Positions 39,806 through 49,142 of a stretch of DNA of 64,000 nt are shown one piece after another. The notes beneath the pieces are model-generated. The model made no database searches and was not told the origin of the DNA. It was given only the letters and a program-made list of their open reading frames with translations. Both the position numbers and the translations under genes were made by a program. Origin of the DNA: Candidatus Melainabacteria bacterium 17Bon1m (lineage in GTDB: Bacteria > Cyanobacteriota > Vampirovibrionia > Obscuribacterales > Obscuribacteraceae); NCBI GenBank assembly GCA_032128875.1, contig JAVLKG010000002.1:1-64000 (forward strand), written 5' to 3'. Each line of letters starts with the position of its first letter. Position 1 is the stretch's first letter.

Positions 39806-40699
39806 ATGCTCGAAGAATACAAGCGTAAGCGCGATTTCAAAATAACGTCCGAACCGTCAGGGGATACAAAACCAAAAGCCACAAAAGGTGGCAAGAAATC
39901 TGCTGCGTCGAAGAAGAAGAAACAAGCACTAAGTTTCGTTATTCAGAAGCATGATGCCAGCAGGCTGCATTATGATTTTCGCTTGGAAATTGATGGAGTG
40001 ATGGTATCTTGGGCGGTGCCTAAAGGTCCGTCTATGAATTCAGCCGACAAACGCTTTGCTGCGATGACTGAAGATCATCCTATGGAATATTCAGATTTTG
40101 AGGGCATTATTCCAGAGCATCAGTACGGTGCAGGAGAAGTGATTATCTGGGATCGTGGCGTGTATTCGCCGGACGAGGATGGTAAGTATTCTTGGGACGA
40201 TAAAGAAGAAGCCAACGCGAGAATGCGCAAGGGACTGCGGAAGGGCAAGCTATCCTTTTACCTAAAGGGGGAAAAGTTAGAGGGTTCCTGGACGCTCGTC
40301 CGTTTTGGACGTGGCAAAGAAGGCAAGGAAAAAGACTGGTTGCTAATCAAGCATCACGACGAGTTTGAAGACGCAGAGCGTGATGTTACTGAGGAAGATT
40401 CATCAGTTGTATCCGGTCAAACAATTGAAGATCTGCAAAAGCATGGTGCAAAGAAGATCTGGACGCGCAGTGGCGCCAAGAAGGCGAATCCAAAAACCAC
40501 TGGCAAGAGTTCTAAAGCACCAGCTAAGAGAACTCGCCGTTCGAGTCAGTCATTGGTCAAATCTGAAGTTGTCGATGAAGACAAACTTTCAGATGCCGAG
40601 CAAGAAGCTTTGAGAAAACATCGCTCAGAGAAGATTCGCCAGGGGCGTGCTGCTGCTGACAAGATTACCGCTTCGAAGGCTAAACGCAAGGTTGGTTAG
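39806..40699 (+). CDS. stand-alone LigD 3'-phosphoesterase domain protein with basic tail
   Basis: LEEYKRKRDF..T.EP, FVIQKHDASRLHYDFRLE, SWAVPKGPS, TEDHP.EY, YGAGEV; no ligase or polymerase domain. Confidence 0.92.
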   Translation: MLEEYKRKRDFKITSEPSGDTKPKATKGGKKSAASKKKKQALSFVIQKHDASRLHYDFRLEIDGVMVSWAVPKGPSMNSADKRFAAMTEDHPMEYSDFEGIIPEHQYGAGEVIIWDRGVYSPDEDGKYSWDDKEEANARMRKGLRKGKLSFYLKGEKLEGSWTLVRFGRGKEGKEKDWLLIKHHDEFEDAERDVTEEDSSVVSGQTIEDLQKHGAKKIWTRSGAKKANPKTTGKSSKAPAKRTRRSSQSLVKSEVVDEDKLSDAEQEALRKHRSEKIRQGRAAADKITASKAKRKVG

Positions 40700-40753
40700 G
40701 ATTTAATCCTAGATTAGGAACCTTAAATCACCGAAGGCAAGTGACTCGTCACG

Positions 40754-40779
40754 GGAACCAGACAATTGAGCGCCCAGTC
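40754..40779 (+). promoter_or_regulatory. ECF-type promoter GGAAC-N18-GTC
   Basis: 35 nt upstream of ATG 40815. Confidence 0.5.
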
Positions 40780-40814
40780 CTTGCCAGCAAGTTGACGTTT
40801 GCCGGAGTCTATCA

Positions 40815-41906
40815 ATGAAAAACTTGGAAGGAGTGAATGCGATTGTTTTGGCTGCTGGAGTGGGCTCCAGGCTGGACCCCCTCACCAGTCAAGTGCCGAA
40901 ACCTCTTGTACCGATTGCCAATGTGCCGGTAATGGAGCACATCATCAGGCTTTTAAAGAAGCACCAGATCAAGAATATCCATGCCAACCTTCATTACATG
41001 CCGGAGAAAATCGCAGACTATTTTGGCGATGGATCTCAATTGGGCGTTAACCTGCAGTTTAAATATGAGCCGCAGCTTTCAGGCGATGCGGGCGGCGTGA
41101 GAGCTTGCCGTCAATTTTTGATGGGCGGTACATTCGTTGTGCTGATGGGCGACTTGCTTACTGACGCCGATCTCACAAGAATCGTGCGCGAACATAAAGA
41201 GAAAAAAGCGATCGCAAGTATCGCCGTCAAGCAAATGCCGCAGGAAGAGTTGAATCGTTTTGGCGTTGTAGTAACCGACAATCAAGGATTCATCAAAGGC
41301 TTTCAGGAAAAACCCGAAGCAAAAGATGCGCTGTCGGACAGAGTTTCCACTGGCATCTATGTTCTTGAGCCGGAAGTTTTTCATCATATGCCGGCAACGG
41401 GAGAGTATGGTTTTGGACGTCAATTGTTTCCAGAACTGATTGAAAAAGGTCTCCCTGTATTGGGCATTGACGTTGAAGGCTATTGGTCTGATGTCGGTAC
41501 CATCGAACAGTACAGACAAGCCAACTTCGACGCAGCGCGCAGAAGAGTAAATCTTGGCTTGCCTGATGCGAAAACTTATCGTCAAAACGGAAAGTTGACG
41601 GTCGGCGAGCGCAGCGTCATTGAATATGGGTGCGACATCGATGGTTCGCTTGTGATGGGCACCAACAGCAGATTAGGCGCTGGAAGCGTTGTGCTGGGCA
41701 ATGTCATTGTCGGCGACAATTGCATAATTGAGCCGGGAACAGTGCTGAAAGATTGCGTTATCTGGTCGAACGCAGTAGTTCGCAGCGGCGCTCACGTCGA
41801 ACACAGCGTGATCTGCTCCGGCAGTGTCGTTCCCAACGAGACGAGGCACTTCGAAGTAAATTACGTGAGTGCAGAAGAAGCCGCAGAAGAAATGCAAGCA
41901 GCGTAA
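40815..41906 (+). CDS. NDP-sugar pyrophosphorylase (mannose-1-phosphate guanylyltransferase-like) with LbH domain
   Basis: LAAGVGSRL.PLT..VPKPL, GDAGG, FQEKP, YWSDVG, hexapeptide repeats. Confidence 0.92.
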   Translation: MKNLEGVNAIVLAAGVGSRLDPLTSQVPKPLVPIANVPVMEHIIRLLKKHQIKNIHANLHYMPEKIADYFGDGSQLGVNLQFKYEPQLSGDAGGVRACRQFLMGGTFVVLMGDLLTDADLTRIVREHKEKKAIASIAVKQMPQEELNRFGVVVTDNQGFIKGFQEKPEAKDALSDRVSTGIYVLEPEVFHHMPATGEYGFGRQLFPELIEKGLPVLGIDVEGYWSDVGTIEQYRQANFDAARRRVNLGLPDAKTYRQNGKLTVGERSVIEYGCDIDGSLVMGTNSRLGAGSVVLGNVIVGDNCIIEPGTVLKDCVIWSNAVVRSGAHVEHSVICSGSVVPNETRHFEVNYVSAEEAAEEMQAA

Positions 41907-41960
41907 CTGCCTGCTGACTAACATTGTATTGATATGAATAACAGCTTGATTCGGAAGGAA

Positions 41961-42563
41961 TCAAGCTGTCTGCGTTTGAGATTCCGTTGGCCGGTAGCGT
42001 TCTTTCACTGTTCGCAGAGTGAGCGAAAATCTTTGCTCTTTCACTGGTGCGAGACTGTGCTGCCAGACTGAACGAGCCGGTCCGCTAAGAACGTACAGAG
42101 ATCTACGCTCGAGTGGTTGTTTGTAGTGTTCGAATGCGTCTGCCATTGTTCGGCGAAAACGCATTATGTCATTGCTTGCTAGTGAAACTCCAACCACTGT
42201 CGGACCGAATGCAGGTGCATCGCGATGCCATCCGATACCCGCGCCTGGATCGTATTTTGCCACAAGTGCTTGCTCAAGACTTTCTGATTTTAAACCAGCA
42301 AAAGGCGCAGCTCGATCGCGAATTTCCCTCAGCCAATCAGGGAATTCTTCTATTGCTTCAACATGCTGCGAATAAAATTCATAGCGATATCCGAAATGGT
42401 GCACCTTTCGTTTTGCCGCCTGTCCTTGCAAAACAAAGTCATAAAACTCGAGCTGCTGAAAGCGTGCGATTAGTGCCTCTTCCTCAGCTTCAGTGAGGAA
42501 GTTCGGGATATAGACTAAGCCTTGAGGTGCTTCAAGTACTCGTTTTATCTTGCGACTTGCCAT
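41961..42563 (-). CDS. AlkB-family 2OG-Fe(II) dioxygenase
   Basis: GL.YIPNFLT..EE, Y.PGAGIGWHRD, WQHS, RFSLTLR. Confidence 0.9.
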   Translation of the reverse strand: MASRKIKRVLEAPQGLVYIPNFLTEAEEEALIARFQQLEFYDFVLQGQAAKRKVHHFGYRYEFYSQHVEAIEEFPDWLREIRDRAAPFAGLKSESLEQALVAKYDPGAGIGWHRDAPAFGPTVVGVSLASNDIMRFRRTMADAFEHYKQPLERRSLYVLSGPARSVWQHSLAPVKEQRFSLTLRTVKERYRPTESQTQTA

Positions 42564-42665
42564 TTATCAAAGCACTATGTCCAAAATGTACGTCTTGGCG
42601 AAGCCACTCCGCCCTAACTATCATTATTGCAATTTCCATGAGAAGTCGCCCGGCTGCGGAAATTT

Positions 42666-43331
42666 CTACGCAGACCGCTCTTCCTGTGTTTCGATAAATT
42701 GTTGCAATCCGTGTGGATTGATGTCCGGCTCTATCAGCTGATAGACACCAGATTGGGTAAATCCGCACTTCACATTGCTAGCCAAACTTGGACGACAGCG
42801 CAGCGCTTGCGAATCGGTCATTGACGGACGTGCTTTTAGAATTTGCGAATCAGTCATTGCCGGTCTCGCTCTCAAAATTTGCGAATCACTCAATGACGGC
42901 GATGGTAAGTAGACGACGTTGTTGCATTGCAGTTCTTCTATCTCATCAATCAATTGCAGTTGCGGTACTTGCTCTTCTGGCTGAGTAGCTGTTGCGATTG
43001 TTTTGAAAGTGCCAGACTGGCAGGCTTGCAAATTGTCGTAGGTTTTTCTTGGATCGAGCTTTACAGCAGCCGGCTTGTTCCGAAGCTTTTGCGAGCAAAC
43101 TGTTATGTATGTTTCGTTTAGACTTTGCTTGAATTTCGCATTCAAATCTTCGACTACGATTTTGTCTTGGCGGGAGTTTGGTCGATAGAAAATTCTTTGA
43201 ACAAGCTCAACTGGAGCCATAACTATTTCTGTGACGTACTTAACTGCAGGACGTGCGGCATTTGCAGCCCGCTGTGTCCATTTTTGGTTTTCCGTTGCTA
43301 AATCAATATTTGTATTCGAGGCGGCGCACAT
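42666..43331 (-). CDS. hypothetical protein with three 12-aa tandem repeats
   Basis: GGAGG RBS; SDSQILRARPAM/TDSQILKARPSM/TDSQALRCRPSL. Confidence 0.65.
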   Translation of the reverse strand: MCAASNTNIDLATENQKWTQRAANAARPAVKYVTEIVMAPVELVQRIFYRPNSRQDKIVVEDLNAKFKQSLNETYITVCSQKLRNKPAAVKLDPRKTYDNLQACQSGTFKTIATATQPEEQVPQLQLIDEIEELQCNNVVYLPSPSLSDSQILRARPAMTDSQILKARPSMTDSQALRCRPSLASNVKCGFTQSGVYQLIEPDINPHGLQQFIETQEERSA

Positions 43332-43365
43332 TTTCCTTTCCTCCAGGGCGATTACAATGCGCATC

Positions 43366-43390
43366 GACCGTTAACTGTGTCTAAGGTTCC
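43366..43390 (-). promoter_or_regulatory. ECF-type promoter GGAAC-N17-GTC
   Basis: 34 nt upstream of ATG 43331; adjacent imperfect palindrome at 43392-43412. Confidence 0.58.
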
Positions 43391-43697
43391 GCGAATTCCC
43401 GCGGGAAATTCGATTAAATTGCGGCTTTCGCTGGTAACTCAGCGAACACAACCGTCACTTTTTTGCGCAGATTTTTTTGACGCGAATCCGAAAGCAGTTG
43501 AAGAGACTACTAAGTAGTCAATGTCAATTCACGTTCTACGTTCCTTAATTCCGACCGAAAAGGCAGATTAAATCAGAACTTCGGGGGAAAGTCTGATATC
43601 TTACCGAGTGATGTTCTGTCGAGAACTTGACAGCTGCGCCTTTTGGCACAGCTAAAGCTTTCATCTGAAAAAATCACATGCAATCTGGGGGAGCAAC

Positions 43698-45056
43698 ATG
43701 GGAACGACTCTGGCGCAAGCACGCAACACCACGCTTACCGAAAAGGAAGCGTATGAGTTGAGCAAGGAAGCTTACATCTACTTCTATTCGCTGATGAGCA
43801 TGGAAATCACTCGGCTTCAATGCACAAACCTGAAGGCAGGAGAAAAGCCGGGGCATGGTCCTGCAAATACGTTTGCTCACATACGCGCTTACCCCGATGC
43901 CGATTTCAGAACGGTTGTACGCCCAAACTTCGACACTTTGTATTCGTCGGCATGGCTCGACCTGACGGCAGAACCGATGATTGTGTCCATTCCGGATGCG
44001 GACAATCGCTACTACCTGCTTCCTCTATTGGACATGTGGTCTGATGTTTTCGCTTCCCCAGGTTGGCGGACTTCCGGCACACATGAGCAGCACTATGCAG
44101 TGGTGCCAAAAGGCTGGAGTGGAAAGTTGCCTGATGGTGTCGAGAGAATCGATGCGCCGACTCCTTTTGTATGGATCATTGGTCGCACAAAAACAGACGG
44201 ACCCGATGACTATGCCGCCGTGCATAAATTCCAAGACGGCATGAAGATTACGCCGCTTTCGCAGTGGGGTAAAAGTATTTCTTTGCCCGAGTTCAAGTCC
44301 AACCCGGATGTCGACATGAAGACGCCACCACTTGAGCAAGTGAACAAAATGTCCGCTGAGAAATATTTCTCTATGGCGTGCGAACTGATGGCGCGCTACT
44401 CTCCGCACTTGACTGATTGGTCGACAACAGAGCGACTGAAAAAGATCGGCATAGAGAGTGGCAAGAAATTTGATATGTCGAGTTTTGAGAAGAACATTCA
44501 AGAGTCAATTTCGAAAGGCGTTACAGATGCGCTCAAGCAGATGGTCGAGAAAATCAAGTTCATGGGACGTCCGGTCAACGGCTGGAACATGAACACAGAC
44601 AGCATGGGCGTGTATGGTTCATATTATTTGAAACGCGCCATCGTTGCGATGGTTGGCTTAGGTGCCAACCAACCGGAAGACGCTGTTTATCCACTCAATA
44701 TCGCAGACTCCAATGTAGAACCGTTGCATGGTGAAAACAAATACGTGCTCCATTTTGAAGCCGATGAAATTCCTCCCGTTGATGCTTTCTGGTCATTGAC
44801 CATGTATGACAAAGATGGCTTCCAATCCGCTAATGCGATAAACAGATTTGCTATTAGCTCATGGATGCCATTGAAAAAGAATGCCGACGGATCGTTGGAC
44901 ATCTACATTCAGAACGAGAATCCTGGTGCCGACAAAGAATCGAATTGGCTTCCCGCGCCAAAAACGCAATTAGGAGTTACGATGCGATTGTATGCTCCGC
45001 AGCCGATTGTCTTGACCGGCGACTGGAATCCGCCTGCAATCGACAAAATTAAGTAG
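43698..45056 (+). CDS. DUF1254/DUF1214 protein
   Basis: VVRPNFDTLYSSAWLDL, RYYL...DMW, WIIGRT, GLGAN.PEDAVY, FWSLTMY, NWLPAP. Confidence 0.92.
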   Translation: MGTTLAQARNTTLTEKEAYELSKEAYIYFYSLMSMEITRLQCTNLKAGEKPGHGPANTFAHIRAYPDADFRTVVRPNFDTLYSSAWLDLTAEPMIVSIPDADNRYYLLPLLDMWSDVFASPGWRTSGTHEQHYAVVPKGWSGKLPDGVERIDAPTPFVWIIGRTKTDGPDDYAAVHKFQDGMKITPLSQWGKSISLPEFKSNPDVDMKTPPLEQVNKMSAEKYFSMACELMARYSPHLTDWSTTERLKKIGIESGKKFDMSSFEKNIQESISKGVTDALKQMVEKIKFMGRPVNGWNMNTDSMGVYGSYYLKRAIVAMVGLGANQPEDAVYPLNIADSNVEPLHGENKYVLHFEADEIPPVDAFWSLTMYDKDGFQSANAINRFAISSWMPLKKNADGSLDIYIQNENPGADKESNWLPAPKTQLGVTMRLYAPQPIVLTGDWNPPAIDKIK

Positions 45057-45068
45057 TATCGCCGGTTT

Positions 45069-45150
45069 GGGGCTACGTCATGCGTCGCCCGGTTCTATTA
45101 CCTAATCGAGCGGTTCTAATATAGTGTGGGGTCGACGCCATGCGTCGACC
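45069..45150. repeat. REP-like palindrome doublet (copies 3 and 4)
   Basis: GGGGCTACGTCATGCGTCGCCC (45069-45090) and GGGGTCGACGCCATGCGTCGACC (45128-45150) between convergent genes. Confidence 0.72.
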
Positions 45151-45155
45151 TTTCT

Positions 45156-46178
45156 TTATCCGTGCTCTGCAAGCCAATTTTCGATGGTGCGCAACACCAG
45201 CGGTTTGATAAAGGACGTCCCCACAAGAATGTGCCCTGACCCATTCACGGCAACAAACTTTTTGTCGCGTGCTCGTACAGCTAGAAAGACTGGTTCTGCT
45301 GAAGCCGGAAGAACAATTTGATCTGCCGTGCCTTGTATTACGAGCACAGGAATCGACGAAGGAAGCTTTGCGGCGCGAACAGGCATTTCCTTGATGAAGC
45401 TCATCGTGCCGAGCAGTTGTGATGCGGACTGCGTTTTTTTCGCCAGCGGATCGTTGATCATCTCCTGTGCGACTCTATCGTCGTCCGAGAGATAGTGTTG
45501 AAGATAAGGTCTGATGTCTACTTGCGTCACAAATGTCGCCATGCCCTTTATGAACTTCGAGCCCATCACCGCCGGATTGTGGAAGCTGGGCTGCGACCCC
45601 GCAGCGCAGAGAATGATTCCACGCACGCCCTCCGATTGTTTTGCAATAGCACTCATCACTACGCCGCTTCCGGTGCTCTCTCCAAGACAATAAATATTCG
45701 CCTTCTTATATTTCTTATGCAGCAACGAAAGTATTTTTGCGAGATCATCACAGCTGTTTTGTAGGTTTTCTTCCATGCTCGCGTCTGTTTCTTCCCAACG
45801 TCCATGACCACGTAAGTCCGGCGCGACTACTAAATATCCTTGTTTCGCAAAAGTTTGTCCGATAGATGTCATCGCACCAGCATCCTGGGCAAAACCATGA
45901 ACAGCGACAACAATGCCCTTGGGTTGGTCAACTGAGTCGTCTTTCCATTCGTAGATCGGAACACCTGCTGATTGCGAGACTTTCGATCTGTCGTCCTTCA
46001 CGACTTCTGCAAGCGCGGGTTTCATTGTGTCACAAGCCACTGACGTGACCAGAAGCAAAACTATCGCGGGCAGCGAAGCAGCCAGTCTGGTGTTATAGAA
46101 CCTGGGTATTCTTCCCGCAAACATCGATTTTCCAGAGGTATGTTCAGACGGCCAATAAATCTTCTGACGTTTCGCCAT
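45156..46178 (-). CDS. alpha/beta hydrolase, lysophospholipase/monoglyceride lipase-like
   Basis: VHGF, DLRGHG, GESTG nucleophile elbow, QG..D..V, SGH; start uncertain. Confidence 0.88.
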   Translation of the reverse strand: MAKRQKIYWPSEHTSGKSMFAGRIPRFYNTRLAASLPAIVLLLVTSVACDTMKPALAEVVKDDRSKVSQSAGVPIYEWKDDSVDQPKGIVVAVHGFAQDAGAMTSIGQTFAKQGYLVVAPDLRGHGRWEETDASMEENLQNSCDDLAKILSLLHKKYKKANIYCLGESTGSGVVMSAIAKQSEGVRGIILCAAGSQPSFHNPAVMGSKFIKGMATFVTQVDIRPYLQHYLSDDDRVAQEMINDPLAKKTQSASQLLGTMSFIKEMPVRAAKLPSSIPVLVIQGTADQIVLPASAEPVFLAVRARDKKFVAVNGSGHILVGTSFIKPLVLRTIENWLAEHG

Positions 46179-46275
46179 CAGTTTTGAGCCAATGACAGCC
46201 CCTACCGAGGGGCGGCCGTAACTTTGAGCTTTGATATGATCTCTTGCCTTGAGATTAAGTGCCGGAGACAAAAAA

Positions 46276-47073
46276 TTGAAAATTCTGCTGACGATTGCGC
46301 TACTGATGCTGGCTTGTACACCTGCGTTCGCACAGGAATGGGCGAAGAAAAAGTTGGAGAGCTCTCCACGGCATTCAGAGTGGGTTACCGTGAAACACGG
46401 CGGCAGAGAGGTGAAGTCGTTCGTTGTCTATCCTGAGAAGAAAGAGCGGGCAGCGACGATTTTGCTCATCCACGAGATATTCGGGCTTACTGATTGGGTC
46501 CGCCTGGTGGCAGATGAGCTTGCTGCCAATGGCTACATCGCCATTGCGCCGGATTTGCTATCCGGGATGGCTCAGAATAAAGGTGGAACAGAGTCTTTTG
46601 GCGGTGACGACAATGCGAGAAAAGCTGTTTCCCAACTGCCCCCTGACCAAGTGACCAATGATCTCAACGCCGTTCTTAGTTACATTGTAAAAGTGCCAGC
46701 TGCCAACGGAAAGACGGCAGTTGCCGGCTTTTGCTGGGGTGGAACTCAAACATTCCGGTATGCCACCAACTGTGACGACATCAAGGCTTTTCACGTTTTC
46801 TATGGGGCCGCGCCCTCCGATGAAAGCGCTCTTTCTAAGATAAACGCGCCCATCTATGGGTATTATGCGGAGAACGATGCCCGCATCGGCGCGACTTTGG
46901 ACGCAACCGCAAATCAGATGAGTAAGTTGAAGAAGACTTTCATTCCAGTGACTTACAAAGGTGCAGGTCATGGTTATATGCGCGCCGGTGAAGCTCCCGA
47001 TGCTACAGACGCCAATAAGGCGGCTCGCGCCGCCTCATGGGAGAGAATGATGAAATTGCTGAAGGCAATTTAG
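46276..47073 (+). CDS. secreted dienelactone hydrolase family protein
   Basis: SPRHSEWV, IHEIFGL, APDLLSG, GFCWGG, FYG, GAGHGY; GGAG RBS + TTG. Confidence 0.93.
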   Translation: MKILLTIALLMLACTPAFAQEWAKKKLESSPRHSEWVTVKHGGREVKSFVVYPEKKERAATILLIHEIFGLTDWVRLVADELAANGYIAIAPDLLSGMAQNKGGTESFGGDDNARKAVSQLPPDQVTNDLNAVLSYIVKVPAANGKTAVAGFCWGGTQTFRYATNCDDIKAFHVFYGAAPSDESALSKINAPIYGYYAENDARIGATLDATANQMSKLKKTFIPVTYKGAGHGYMRAGEAPDATDANKAARAASWERMMKLLKAI

Positions 47074-47087
47074 AATGCAAAACACGC

Positions 47088-47654
47088 TTAGAATACGCGG
47101 TTGAGCAATCTTCCAACTGTGGATTGTGAGTATCCGAAGTTGTTGTTGTACGGATTGTAGTTATTGCCGAATATTCCGTTGCGGACGTTATTCAGAAATC
47201 CACCGTTGTTATAGCCGGCGTTATTGAAGTAGCCGTTGTTGTACGCGCTGTTGAAGCCATTTCCACATTGGTTGCCGTTGAGGAAATTATTGGCGTTATT
47301 GAAGAAGCCATTGTTATTGCGTCTGTGTTTGCGCTTGTGATGACCGTATGCATTGCCATTACCATTGCATCTGCCATTGTTGAAATTCGCATTGTTAGCC
47401 AGCTGATTGTTGTAGAGCTGGTTTAAATAGGCGTTGTTGAGATTTTGGTTGTTGAAATTATATGGATTGTTGCCATAAAACTGCTGCTGCGCCGCCAAAT
47501 TCTGGTTGTTTGCCATGTTCTGCATGTACATTTGCATAGCCATCTGATTCAACTGTTGTTTGTTATCTTTAGCCTGGGCTTCAGTAGGCGCGAAGGCAGT
47601 GCTCGCAAGCGCAATAACACCAGCGACGAGACCGAGGGCGATTTGTTTTTTCAT
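47088..47654 (-). CDS. secreted Asn/Gln/Gly/aromatic-rich low-complexity protein
   Basis: Signal peptide ending AQA; mature part dominated by N, with GNAYGHHKRKH. Confidence 0.75.
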   Translation of the reverse strand: MKKQIALGLVAGVIALASTAFAPTEAQAKDNKQQLNQMAMQMYMQNMANNQNLAAQQQFYGNNPYNFNNQNLNNAYLNQLYNNQLANNANFNNGRCNGNGNAYGHHKRKHRRNNNGFFNNANNFLNGNQCGNGFNSAYNNGYFNNAGYNNGGFLNNVRNGIFGNNYNPYNNNFGYSQSTVGRLLNRVF

Positions 47655-47835
47655 TGGGGGGCTCCTTGGGCACACCTTGCATTCACAAGACCCAGTGACG
47701 CTGGTCCTAAAAAAATGTGTCCGGGCTGTCAAGATTTAATGAAACACGCCTGGGCGGGGAAGGAAATAGGTAGGGGAGTTCTCGGAAGAAGGCTGGGAAG
47801 CCCCAATATATGACACTTGTTTGGAATCCGATGCG

Positions 47836-48387
47836 ATGAAAACTCAGTATTACACTGCGACTAGTCTTGACGGATATATCGCCGACGCGGATAACTCGTT
47901 GGATTGGCTGATGCAGCTTGGTGAGCCGGGCGAGAGTTATCCACCGTTTATCGCAGCGGTCGGCGCCATTGCAATGGGCTCGACAACCTATGAGTGGTTA
48001 TTGGAGCACGAAATCTATAAGGATAGAGAGAACCCAAAACCTTGGCCTTATGAGCAGCCATCATGGGTTTTCACAAGTAGAACTTTGCGGACCATTCCAA
48101 ACGCAAACATACACTTTTGTAAGGGCGATGTTGAGCCGATTCATACCGAGATGGTAGCAGCCGCAAAAGGTAAGAATGTTTGGATTGTCGGCGGCGGAGA
48201 ATTGGCTGGTCAATTCTACGACAAAGGTTTGTTGGACGAACTGATAATTACTATCACCCCTGTAACCCTCGGTGGTGGCGCACCACTTTTGCCACGAAAA
48301 ATTGCTGCACCGCCACTAAATCTGGTGGCAGTACAGCAATACGGAAAGCACTACGTTGAAGTGCGTTATGCGGTGCCTAAAGTGTGA
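47836..48387 (+). CDS. dihydrofolate reductase / RibD C-terminal family protein
   Basis: ATSLDGYIA, MGSTTYE, WIVGGGELA, LLDEL, LGGG.PL. Confidence 0.92.
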   Translation: MKTQYYTATSLDGYIADADNSLDWLMQLGEPGESYPPFIAAVGAIAMGSTTYEWLLEHEIYKDRENPKPWPYEQPSWVFTSRTLRTIPNANIHFCKGDVEPIHTEMVAAAKGKNVWIVGGGELAGQFYDKGLLDELIITITPVTLGGGAPLLPRKIAAPPLNLVAVQQYGKHYVEVRYAVPKV

Positions 48388-48442
48388 TACTGCTGAGCAC
48401 GTCTACGCGCCCCCACAGCTTCGCTTCGGCTATGGAGCGATA

Positions 48443-48805
48443 TTAGAAGTGACGTCCGTAATGTCGATTTCTATAGCGATTATCGAAGTCGTTCAACTGA
48501 ATGTTGATATCATTGCTGATTCTGGATAGTTCGCCATTCAGACGAGCACGTTCTCTAAAAGAGAGGTTTCCAGAACTTCTAAATTGGGCTTCCAGAGAGT
48601 TCAGTCTACGCATTTTTGTTCTTAGATTGAATGCTTCAGAGCGAGTCAGTCTGCCACTTCGAACACCTGCATTTATTCGTTGCTCAAGTTTTGCTTGAGC
48701 TTGGTTGATATTGCCGAAACCTGCAAACATTTGAGCTTGTGCGGGTGTGATCAAAGTCGTTGTAGCGATAAGACCGAGTGCGGCAATAGACAAAAGACGT
48801 TTCAT
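48443..48805 (-). CDS. small secreted helical protein
   Basis: AGGAGG RBS; signal peptide; RINAGVRSGRLTRSEA...LSFRERARL repeat pattern. Confidence 0.8.
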   Translation of the reverse strand: MKRLLSIAALGLIATTTLITPAQAQMFAGFGNINQAQAKLEQRINAGVRSGRLTRSEAFNLRTKMRRLNSLEAQFRSSGNLSFRERARLNGELSRISNDINIQLNDFDNRYRNRHYGRHF

Positions 48806-48890
48806 AATGCCTCCTTTATTGGTAATCCAGAGCGCGCCAGCGCCCTAAAGATTTGGGTTGCAGCTGGCGCCTTGCGCTTCTGCTGAAAAG

Positions 48891-48919
48891 TTAGACGCGA
48901 TCGAGGGCGGTTTGATTCC
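48891..48919 (-). promoter_or_regulatory. ECF-type promoter GGAAT-N17-CGTCTAA
   Basis: Oriented toward the 48805 gene; one mismatch in the -35 element. Confidence 0.5.
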
Positions 48920-49142
48920 GTATTCGCGAAATCGTGAATGAGCTTTACATCAGCTTCTTGAAGGGAACAAACATTTATCCCTCAGGTAAGTTAATTGATA
49001 AAAATTACCTGCGGCAGGTCCAGCCATTGGAGATTAATTGCAGGCGGGAGAAGCCTACAACTACGTAATTTCCCCACTGATTTTAATGAATTAGACCGCT
49101 AGTATAGGCCTTTGATCGATACCTTGCGTGATTTAGATAGAC

